DNA of 64,000 nt from contig JPGV01000003.1 of NCBI GenBank assembly GCA_000724175.1, positions 4,205-68,204 on the forward strand, given 5' to 3'. Every line of letters starts with the position of its first letter. Position 1 is the stretch's first letter. This DNA comes from [Candidatus Thermochlorobacteriaceae] bacterium GBChlB (GTDB lineage: Bacteria; Bacteroidota; Chlorobiia; Chlorobiales; Thermochlorobacteraceae). This document shows positions 53,819 to 64,000 of this stretch, in pieces. Under the pieces are notes generated by a model. That model searched no databases. It had not been told where the DNA came from and saw only the letters and a program-made list of their open reading frames with translations. The position numbers and the translations under genes are program-made.

Positions 53819-56164
53819 TCACTTAACAAGGAGCATTTTCCGCGTCTCTGTAAAGTTGCCTGCGCTCAAGCGATAGAAATACGCACCGCTCGCTAAACTC
53901 GCGGCATTGAACGTGGCCTGATAGCGGCCCGCGTTCTGCCTTGTGTTTACAAGCGTCTGCACCTCACGACCGAGCATATCATAGACGACCAACTTTACGT
54001 CGCCACTCGTCGGCAATTGATAGCTGATGACCGTGCTTGGATTAAACGGATTGGGATAGTTTTGGTCGAGCTTAAACTCGGCGGGTCTTGCGCCAGCGAT
54101 TTCGCGCACCGAGAGTTGCGAGACCTCGCGCCGCCACACGCCGCCGCCGTTGAACGTATCAAGCCGATATGCCAAATACACCGTTGAGCCGAGCGTTGCT
54201 AAGCCGCCGACCGACCCGAAAAGTGTTAGGGCTTCCGACTGTGGCAAGCCTGAATTGGTGCGAATCCATGTATCGCCGCTGTTGGACGAGACAAAGAGCG
54301 ATGGATTGGCTTCGGCGTCAAGTCCGACGGCGACAACGGTTGTTCCCGACACCGCAATCGCGCTCACGCCCGACGGCGAATTATTGAGCGGCGTCCAAGT
54401 GGCGCCGTTGTCGGTCGAGCGCGACATTCTTCCGAGAAACCCGCTACCGTTGATGTAAAGCGTATTTCCGCTTGCCGTGAGCGCACGCGGAATACTGCCG
54501 AGTTCGTTGTATGCCGTCGCCGTCCAGTTTTGCCCGTTATCGGTCGATGTCCAAACTGTGCGACCTGAATTTGCGCCGCTTGATAAAACACCCGCGAAGA
54601 TGCGCGTGCCGCTTACGGCAAACGAGACGATGTTGTAGCCGCTCGGTAAGCCAGCGTCGCTTACCGACCATGTCGCGCCGTTGTCCGTCGAGCGGTAAAG
54701 TTCCCGAATGGCGCTACTGCCGCTACTGCCGTCGCCGCCGACATAGCCTAAAACGACGTTGCCGACGGAAACCATTGGCGCAACTGGCGTGCGACCGTCT
54801 GCGACAGCGTCAGGCAATCCTTCATTGGCGCGTGTCCATGCGTCGCCGTTGTTCGTCGAGCGATAAACGCCCGAATCCGTTGAGGCGATAAGCGTGCTGG
54901 CGCTCAAAGCAAAATCAAGTATGGCGAGCGCACGACCGCTCGTGCGGGTTAAGCCGTTGTTCGCCGCTGACCAACTCGCGCCGTTGTCGGTCGAGCGAAA
55001 TGCACCGTAGAAACTTGTGCCGATAAAGAGCGATGTGCCGCTCTGGAAAAACTTATTGACTTCCAACTTTGGCTCAAGCCCGGCGTTGCTCGCCGTCCAC
55101 GAGTCGCCGTTGTTGGTCGAGCGATAGATGCCGTCGAAGCCCGCTACAAAAACCCGCGCACCATCGATGAGAAAATCGTATGATGCCGCATTGGCAATGC
55201 CCGATGTAATGCGCGTCCATGCGTCGCCGTTGTTGGTCGAGCGAAACACTGCACCGTCAGGGTTCAGCCTTCCGAAGCCCAAGCCTGATACCGTTACAAA
55301 CACTGTCGAGCCACTTGCAGCAAGCGCCGTATAAGTTTCCGTTTGATTGATGCGCCCGCCCGATAAGCGCGTCCAAGTTGTGCCGTTATCGGTCGAGCGA
55401 AAGATGCCGTTCAAGTCAGGCACAAACGATGTGGCGGCAGCAAAAAGGGTTGTGCCGCTATACGCCAAAGCACTGATGAATGCGGCAGTTGGAAATGGGC
55501 TTGCCACGCTCAGTCCAGCATTGATTGCCGTCCAAGTGGCGCCGTTGTCGGTCGAGCGATATGCGCCGCCGTCGCCGCCTGCGATGACGCTGTTGTTTGC
55601 GCCGAGTGCAAATGCTCGAATGCGCGTTTGGCGACCTTCCTCGAGCGGAATGCCTTGATTGGAGAGCGCCCATGATTGTCCGTTGTTGGTAGAGCCATAA
55701 ACGCCGGCGTTTGTTCCGATAAGCACGCGGTTCGGAAGCGCGAGCAGCGCAGAGACCGTGCGTGTTGCTTCGGGCAAACCGGTATTGGACTGCGTCCAAG
55801 TTACGCCGTTGTTCGTCGAGCGGTAAACGCCGCTTCCAGTGGTCGTCAGCAACAGCGTCGTGCCAGAGACGTAAATTCTTGCGCCAATGTCAGAATCTAT
55901 CGTGGGATTTTCAACGGTGATGCGCGCGGTTTGCGTCCACGATGTGCCGTCGTTGGCTGAACTGAACACGCCAAGCGTTCTGATGCCAATCGGTTGAACG
56001 GCGAAGAGCGTTGTGCCTATGCGCGTTACAGCGCCTAAGGTTGCCTGCGCGGGCAGCCCGTTGGTTACGCGTGCCCATTGCGCTTGCGCGGTTACCGCAC
56101 CGAGCGCAACGAACAACAGTATTGCAGCGTGAGTCATTACTTTATCTTTCACTGTCGTTTTCAT
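53819..56164 (-). CDS. BNR/Asp-box (sortilin/Ycf48/GH74-like) repeat protein, T9SS cargo
   Basis: 781 aa with a signal peptide. About a dozen (Y/F)RSTxNGxxW repeats suggest tandem beta-propellers. It carries a C-terminal Por secretion tail. Confidence 0.85.
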   Translation of the reverse strand: MKTTVKDKVMTHAAILLFVALGAVTAQAQWARVTNGLPAQATLGAVTRIGTTLFAVQPIGIRTLGVFSSANDGTSWTQTARITVENPTIDSDIGARIYVSGTTLLLTTTGSGVYRSTNNGVTWTQSNTGLPEATRTVSALLALPNRVLIGTNAGVYGSTNNGQSWALSNQGIPLEEGRQTRIRAFALGANNSVIAGGDGGAYRSTDNGATWTAINAGLSVASPFPTAAFISALAYSGTTLFAAATSFVPDLNGIFRSTDNGTTWTRLSGGRINQTETYTALAASGSTVFVTVSGLGFGRLNPDGAVFRSTNNGDAWTRITSGIANAASYDFLIDGARVFVAGFDGIYRSTNNGDSWTASNAGLEPKLEVNKFFQSGTSLFIGTSFYGAFRSTDNGASWSAANNGLTRTSGRALAILDFALSASTLIASTDSGVYRSTNNGDAWTRANEGLPDAVADGRTPVAPMVSVGNVVLGYVGGDGSSGSSAIRELYRSTDNGATWSVSDAGLPSGYNIVSFAVSGTRIFAGVLSSGANSGRTVWTSTDNGQNWTATAYNELGSIPRALTASGNTLYINGSGFLGRMSRSTDNGATWTPLNNSPSGVSAIAVSGTTVVAVGLDAEANPSLFVSSNSGDTWIRTNSGLPQSEALTLFGSVGGLATLGSTVYLAYRLDTFNGGGVWRREVSQLSVREIAGARPAEFKLDQNYPNPFNPSTVISYQLPTSGDVKLVVYDMLGREVQTLVNTRQNAGRYQATFNAASLASGAYFYRLSAGNFTETRKMLLVK
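53822..54070 (-). other. T9SS C-terminal sorting domain (Por_Secre_tail type) of the BNR protein
   Basis: LDQNYPNPFNPSTVISYQLPTSGDVKLVVYDMLGREVQTLVN...GAYFYRLSAGNFTETRKMLLVK matches the well-known T9SS CTD consensus. Confidence 0.85.
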
Positions 56165-56465
56165 TTTAAGTTGTAGAAGCGCAGCAGGAAACGACGCAAA
56201 TGTAGGCGGGCAAATAGACAGTGCAGCTACTCAAATTCTACGCAACGGGCGCGTAAGTGATTTTTTTTTCAGAGGTTAAGTCGGAACTAACTTTCTCGAA
56301 TTTTGCTGGGCGCTGCAATGATTTGACGCATGTCGTTCTGAATCCCGCAAAGCGCGATAGCGCATCAACAGCGAGCCTGCCCGAGCGTGATATGTAGAAG
56401 ATGGGTTCCTCGCGTCGCTTGGTGGCATCTGTGGAAAACCGACGCCTGTTCTAATCCTCTTGGCA

Positions 56466-58244
56466 TCACATCGTGGCAAAAAATGTCGACAGATTTGCAT
56501 CGGACTCGAGACCGAGTTTTTGGCGAATACGGTAGCGGTGATTTTCGACCGTGCGCTCGGAGGCGTAGAGCAGTGCAGCGATGTCTTTGGTCGAGAGGTT
56601 GAGTTTGAGCAAGGCGCAAATTTTTTGTTCGGCGGGCGAAAGCTCAGGATAGCGCGCGGTTAAGCGTTCCATGAAATTCGGATGCAACTCGGCGAATTCA
56701 CGCTCAAAGCGTTTCCAGTTATCACCCGACCCAATTTCGGCACGCAGCATTGTCAGAACGCCTTTGAGTTTTTTCTTCGCGGTTTGCGGCGTGGTAGTTT
56801 GGAGCGGACGCAGCGCATCGTCAATGGCGGCAATGAAGGCATTTTTTTGGACAAGCGTGGTGGCGAGCGCAAGCAAGTTTTTTTGTTTGCGCGTCATTTC
56901 CTGTTCCAAGAAAGTTGCACGTTCTTCAGCGCGACGACGCTCGGCTTGCAGTTCAGCCACATCGAAGCGAATCCGCAGGGTTTCGGTATACTTCATTTTT
57001 TGCTCGTCCGCTGCCAGTCGCTCCAACTCGGCTATACGGGTTTGTGCCTTGAACGCATTTTCAAAGTCAGCGTTCTCGCGGTAAAGCGTAACGGCGAGCG
57101 AGAGAAATTCAATCAAGAGGTCTTTGGCGCCCAAGTCATTGGCTATCGAGAGCGCCTCTTGCAAGAGCAAAAACGCTGCGTCAAATTTGCGTCGCCGCGT
57201 CTCGAGCTTCGCCATGCGGTAAAGCGCCTCAGCTTCTCGGAATTTTTCGCCGCCATCTCGGAACGCTGCGGCACACTGCTTGTAGAGCGCAAGCGCGGAT
57301 TTGAAGCGCTGCTGCTCCGTTTCCAAATCGCCAATGAGCATTTGCTGGACGGCTTCGCCCCAACGGTCGCCCAATTGCCTGTAAAGTTCAACGGAGTGCA
57401 TGGTGTGGGAAAAGGCTTTATCGATGTGTTTGAGAAAAAAGTAGGCTTCGCCAAGTGTGCTGTGGGCGGCGGCTTGACCAGTCATTTCAGCAATATCCTC
57501 GAATCGAGCCAAGCCTTTTTCGGCGAACTCAATGGCTCGTTGAAACTCTTTTCGCCGCATCGACAGGCGCGAGAGCGTCAGATACGCGGCGGCTTGCTTT
57601 TGCTTGTCGCCCAGCTGCTCGACGATGCCAAGTCCGCGCAGCGTTGCCTCGAGCGCCGCCTCGTTGTCGCCCAGTGCTTCATAAATGACAGCGCTGTTGA
57701 GTATTGCGGTTGCCTGCGCCATTGGCTGGTTGTATTTCTCTGCCAAGCGTTCCGATTCAGCGAACAACTCTAACGCGCTTCGATACTCAGCGCGACGCTG
57801 CGCCACTGCCCCCAAGTTGTTTAAGACCCGCAGTTCGCCCGCACGGTCGGCAATACGGCGATACCGCTCAATCGCGTCGCTGAACAAATTCTGCGCGAGG
57901 GCGTAGTTCGTCATTCGAAAATGAACCATGCCCATCGTTCTGATTGCTTCCGCTACGCTACCAGCATCGCCGACCGTTTGGAACAGTCGCTCTGCATCGC
58001 GCAGGCATTCAATGGCGCGGCTGTAATCGCCGAGCGCAAGCAACGCATTTCCCTGTGTAAAACACAGTGCGGCACGGTCGTTGGCGGAAATGTTGCGACC
58101 ATGTTGAAGCGCTTTTTGGCACAACCGTAACGACTCTTTCGGATTCTCGGTGGCATACTCGGCGGCTTGTTTAATCACACCTTCGAGGGAAACGAGAGCA
58201 AGGTCAGGTGTTTTTTTAAACTCAATGGATAATTTCTTTTTCAT
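56466..58244 (-). CDS. TPR-repeat transcriptional regulator with a C-terminal LuxR/FixJ-type HTH (paralog B)
   Basis: 592 aa. Has a long TPR array and a coiled coil, then LSPAEQKICALLKLNLSTKDIAALLYASERTVENHRYRIRQKLGL. Confidence 0.87.
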   Translation of the reverse strand: MKKKLSIEFKKTPDLALVSLEGVIKQAAEYATENPKESLRLCQKALQHGRNISANDRAALCFTQGNALLALGDYSRAIECLRDAERLFQTVGDAGSVAEAIRTMGMVHFRMTNYALAQNLFSDAIERYRRIADRAGELRVLNNLGAVAQRRAEYRSALELFAESERLAEKYNQPMAQATAILNSAVIYEALGDNEAALEATLRGLGIVEQLGDKQKQAAAYLTLSRLSMRRKEFQRAIEFAEKGLARFEDIAEMTGQAAAHSTLGEAYFFLKHIDKAFSHTMHSVELYRQLGDRWGEAVQQMLIGDLETEQQRFKSALALYKQCAAAFRDGGEKFREAEALYRMAKLETRRRKFDAAFLLLQEALSIANDLGAKDLLIEFLSLAVTLYRENADFENAFKAQTRIAELERLAADEQKMKYTETLRIRFDVAELQAERRRAEERATFLEQEMTRKQKNLLALATTLVQKNAFIAAIDDALRPLQTTTPQTAKKKLKGVLTMLRAEIGSGDNWKRFEREFAELHPNFMERLTARYPELSPAEQKICALLKLNLSTKDIAALLYASERTVENHRYRIRQKLGLESDANLSTFFATM

Positions 58245-58307
58245 CTGCCCTTATGAGAGGACATGTGCTTTGCGACATTTGGACATACGCTTCAACGCCA
58301 CTGCGCT

Positions 58308-58940
58308 TCAACACGTTTTTTCTATCCACGCCTCCATGTGCGCAGTTAGTTCATGCTGTTTGCCGTTGAAGAAATGGTCAGCGTCCTGTATCACATGCAG
58401 CGTCTTCGGCGGCGAGAGCGTTTCGACAAACGGGTGAATTTTATCGAGAGGGCAAAATTGGTCACGGTCGCCGAAGAGGAGCAACTTTGGCTTGGGCGTC
58501 GCTGGCAGGTTGGAGAACTCAAAGCGCGAGAGCGGCAAGCCAAGAATAATTAGATGCGACACGCGCGCATCGGTTGCGCCGACCTTTGCCGCAATCCACG
58601 CGCCAAACGAAAATCCCGCCAGAACGATTGGGACTGCGCTGTGTGGATATTCGCCGACGATAAAATCAATCGCGGCGCGCGCATCGTCGTCTTCGCCAAC
58701 GCCGTTGTCGTGCTGACCCTCGCTTTCCATAACGCCGCGAAAGTTAAAGCGCACCACGGCGCCGCCCTGACTCCACAAGGCTCGCGCTGCTGTAACGACG
58801 ACTTTATTGTGCATCGTGCCTTGATACAACGGGTGCGGATGACAAACGACGGCGAGAAATTTCGGCGTATTGACAGGATTGAAAATCGCTTCCAACTTTC
58901 CCGCCTTGCCTTGAATAAACCGCTCTTGAACTAATTTCAT
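58308..58940 (-). CDS. Alpha/beta-fold hydrolase (COG2945-like)
   Basis: 210 aa. Contains VVCHPHPLYQGTMHNKVV and the nucleophile elbow GFSFGAW. Confidence 0.78.
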   Translation of the reverse strand: MKLVQERFIQGKAGKLEAIFNPVNTPKFLAVVCHPHPLYQGTMHNKVVVTAARALWSQGGAVVRFNFRGVMESEGQHDNGVGEDDDARAAIDFIVGEYPHSAVPIVLAGFSFGAWIAAKVGATDARVSHLIILGLPLSRFEFSNLPATPKPKLLLFGDRDQFCPLDKIHPFVETLSPPKTLHVIQDADHFFNGKQHELTAHMEAWIEKTC

Positions 58941-59084
58941 ACAGACATTGAAGAGAAATTGAACGGAAGTTACAGAAAATTTTTCGCCTTGAAATCACAG
59001 CGCCGACGTGGTAAATTCAGTCTCTCATTAATAGTCCGCGTCCGACGGAATAGCAGTCAATGTCAACACAAAAAATTCAACGCT

Positions 59085-59579
59085 ATGAGTTCCACGCTGA
59101 AATACGACGAGATGTTTTTCGAGGCAGACCAACTGATTGCCGACCGAAAAATCGGTCAGGCGATGCAACTGCTGTATGACATCATCAATGAGCAACCCGA
59201 CTACGGCAGAGCGCATAACCACTTAGGGTGGATTTACGAGACCAAATACCGCGACTACGCCAAAGCCGAAGAACACTACCGTGCTGCGCTTGCCTACTCG
59301 CCCGAATATCCTGCCGTCTATCAAAACTACGCCGTCTTGCTCTCGACCGTGCGCAAGTTCAACGACTTGGAAAAACTCTTGGAGAAAGCCATACATGTTC
59401 CCGGCATCAACCTCGCCGCGATTTACAATGAATACGGCATTATGAACGAGCAACAGGGTAAATTAGATGCCGCGATTGACAACTTCAAGAAAGCCGCACA
59501 AGCGTCTTTGAGCGAAAAAGATGTGGAGTTTTATCAAGGTGCGATACGGCGCTGCCAAACTAAGAAGAACTTAAACTGA
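59085..59579 (+). CDS. Small TPR-repeat protein
   Basis: 164 aa from the ATG at 59085. Has TPR-like repeats (YGRAHNHLGWIYE, YAKAEEHYRAALAYSP, ...). The 5' extension to 58959 looks non-coding. Confidence 0.7.
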   Translation: MSSTLKYDEMFFEADQLIADRKIGQAMQLLYDIINEQPDYGRAHNHLGWIYETKYRDYAKAEEHYRAALAYSPEYPAVYQNYAVLLSTVRKFNDLEKLLEKAIHVPGINLAAIYNEYGIMNEQQGKLDAAIDNFKKAAQASLSEKDVEFYQGAIRRCQTKKNLN

Positions 59580-59600
59580 GCTATTTCCAAACGGCTTATT

Positions 59601-60317
59601 TTACTTCTTGGCGATGTAGAGTATCGCCGTCTCGAGCGTCATTGTCAGATAGCGCGCTTCGCTGAACTTGGCTTGACCGAGTTTCATCAGAAAGGCTTCG
59701 CCTTGCGGAAACGATTCAACAGAGCGCGGCAGGTAATCGTAAGCAAAGTCCGATTTCGTAAAGAGGCGGGCAATGCGCGGCAAAATTTGCTTGAAGTAAA
59801 TAAGGTAAGCATTCCGCGTCAGCACCTTGCGCGGAATCATCGGCTCTAAAATCAGCGCAACGCCGCCCGGCTTCAAGACCCGATGAAATTCCTGCAATCC
59901 CTGCAACAGGTTTTGAAAGTTTCTTACGCCGAAACCTGCCGTTACAAGGTCAAACGACCCGTCGGGAAACGCCAATGCCTCCGCTTCGCCCAACTGAAAT
60001 GTAGCGTTTGGCAATTTTTTTCGGGCGACAGACAACATCGGTTCAGAGAGGTCAATGCCGATGACTGTCGAGTTTGGCAGTTTTGACATTGCCACGGCAA
60101 GGTCGCCCGTCCCTGTTGCCACATCAAGTATCTTTGGCGCAGCGACGCCGCTTAGATGTAACGCTGCCATGTCGCGGGCTTTGTTTCTCCACTGCACATC
60201 GATGCCCAAACTTAGCACGCGGTTCAGAAAATCATAGCGTGGGGCAATGTCATCGAACATCGCCCGAATCCCGTCGTGCGATTTAGTTTGAAGCAGCGTA
60301 TCGGTTTTAGAGCTCAT
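59601..60317 (-). CDS. ubiE: Demethylmenaquinone / ubiquinone-precursor C-methyltransferase (UbiE/MenG)
   Basis: 238 aa. Contains [31 protein letters not shown] and GFGVRN motifs. Confidence 0.9.
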   Translation of the reverse strand: MSSKTDTLLQTKSHDGIRAMFDDIAPRYDFLNRVLSLGIDVQWRNKARDMAALHLSGVAAPKILDVATGTGDLAVAMSKLPNSTVIGIDLSEPMLSVARKKLPNATFQLGEAEALAFPDGSFDLVTAGFGVRNFQNLLQGLQEFHRVLKPGGVALILEPMIPRKVLTRNAYLIYFKQILPRIARLFTKSDFAYDYLPRSVESFPQGEAFLMKLGQAKFSEARYLTMTLETAILYIAKK

Positions 60318-60716
60318 TTTTTGGCGTAAGCACTTTCGGCGTCATAGACAATTTGGTCGCAAATCTCGAGTTGGTTGTTCGCGTCGACGCGTCGATAAAA
60401 ACACGATTCGTAACCCGTATGGCATGCGCCGCCCGTTTGTTTGATTTTCAGAACAATCGCGTCGCCGTCGCAGTCAAGCAAAATTTCCTTTACCTCTTGA
60501 TAATTTCCTGACGTTGCGCCTTTCAGCCAAAGTTCTTTTCGGCTTCGACTCCAGTAGCATGCCTTTTTGTCGCGCAGCGTTATCTCTAAACTTTCGCGGT
60601 TCATATATGCCAGCATCAAGACCTTGTTCGTCTCGGCGTCTTGGGCAATGGCGGCGACAAGACCCTCTTTGTCAAATTTGACATTGTCGAGAAAATCGAT
60701 CGATGTCGTAGGTGTA

Positions 60717-60727
<11 letters not shown>
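60314..60727 (-). CDS. hisI: Phosphoribosyl-AMP cyclohydrolase (monofunctional HisI)
   Basis: 137 aa. Contains GLVAAIAQD...MLAYMN...WSRSR..LW.KG.TSGN...DCDGD...G.ACHTG. Confidence 0.9.
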
Positions 60728-63766
<3,039 letters not shown>

Positions 63767-63768
63767 TT

Positions 63769-64000
63769 ATGGAAAAATATGCCATCGGCGTCGATATCGG
63801 CGGCACAGCCATTAAGTTTGCGCTCGTCTCTGAAAGCGGAAAATTACTTTATGAACACAGCCTCGCCACCGAAGCGGCTAAAGGCAAGACGGCGGTGCTG
63901 GATAACATTATGTCGGGCGTGGCGTTCTTGCTTGCCAAAAATTCAGTGGAAGAACATCGGGAAAAATTGCTGGGCGTTGGCGTTGGCGTGCCGGGCGTTG
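63769..64000 (+). CDS. ROK-family sugar kinase (glucokinase-like), N-terminal part; runs off the window
   Basis: MEKYAIGVDIGGTAIKFALVSESGKLLYE... contains the ROK/ASKHA phosphate-1 motif DIGGT. There is no stop before the window end. Confidence 0.8.
   Translation, partial: MEKYAIGVDIGGTAIKFALVSESGKLLYEHSLATEAAKGKTAVLDNIMSGVAFLLAKNSVEEHREKLLGVGVGVPGV

Noticed and set aside
54400-55950. A ~20-nt motif (gccgttgtYggtcgagcg) recurring every 120-165 bp, which superficially looks like a CRISPR or other interspersed repeat array
   Set aside because: All copies lie in one long ORF and encode the BNR repeat (RSTxNGxxW) in frame. The spacing is irregular and the repeats are imperfect. This is protein-level repetition, not a CRISPR array.
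56239-56269. Short hairpin (tacgc-7 nt-gcgta) followed by T9 on the plus strand in the 300-bp gap between the BNR gene start and the TPR-LuxR stop. It could be the terminator of an unannotated sRNA.
   Set aside because: The stem is only 5 bp, and 5 nt separate the stem from the T-run. No plus-strand transcription unit upstream can be inferred from sequence alone. The evidence is too weak to call.
56682-57773. 363-codon plus-strand ORF antisense to the TPR-LuxR gene. Similar long antisense ORFs occur at 46815-47819, 38405-39217, 19818-20600 and 48366-48986.
   Set aside because: In every case the other strand carries a gene with strong family signatures. Stop-poor antisense frames are expected for this GC content and for Ala/Leu/Glu-rich genes. 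The translations have no start context or motifs.

Overview
A 64-kb, densely coding chromosomal segment (about 55 genes) from a Gram-negative bacterium. A T9SS C-terminal sorting domain, a GT9-rich LPS cluster, TamB, LptF/G and a MenG/UbiE-type methyltransferase point to the FCB group (Bacteroidota/Ignavibacteriota/Chlorobiota-like). That placement is inference from gene content only. I found no rRNA, tRNA, CRISPR array, transposase, integrase or phage genes. Housekeeping genes: alaS (partial), ispH, cmk, glmM-like mutase, hisD, recA, hscB-like J-protein, coaBC, ubiE/menG, hisI, ligA and a ROK kinase (partial). Envelope genes: OmpA-type lipoprotein, LptF/G permease, two MsbA-like ABC exporters, a MOP flippase, a 1622-aa TamB-like protein, and an 11-kb LPS core/lipid A cluster (22.4-33.7 kb) with four GT9 paralogs, LpxL-like acyltransferase, GT2, NodB deacetylase, SAM methyltransferase and heptose-1-P adenylyltransferase. 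The best candidate for an undescribed system is 39.9-58.2 kb. Two paralogous TPR + LuxR-HTH regulators sit at the outer edges of two convergent blocks of secreted or envelope proteins. One block is a six-gene operon: two S45 penicillin/AHL-acylase paralogs flanking an AttH-like lipocalin protein, an SDR and an amidohydrolase pair, one of which is degenerate. The other block holds a T9SS BNR-repeat protein, a beta-barrel OMP and a frameshifted lipoprotein. Other observations: a membrane-anchored nine-heme cytochrome coupled to a TPR protein; an orphan TaqI-like N6-adenine methyltransferase beside decayed gene remnants; a 19-bp tandem repeat that reiterates a stop codon; a 17-bp duplication that creates a 5-codon uORF; and a metal-ligand-deficient 5'-nucleotidase-like protein. 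All calls come from reading the translations; no database searches were run.
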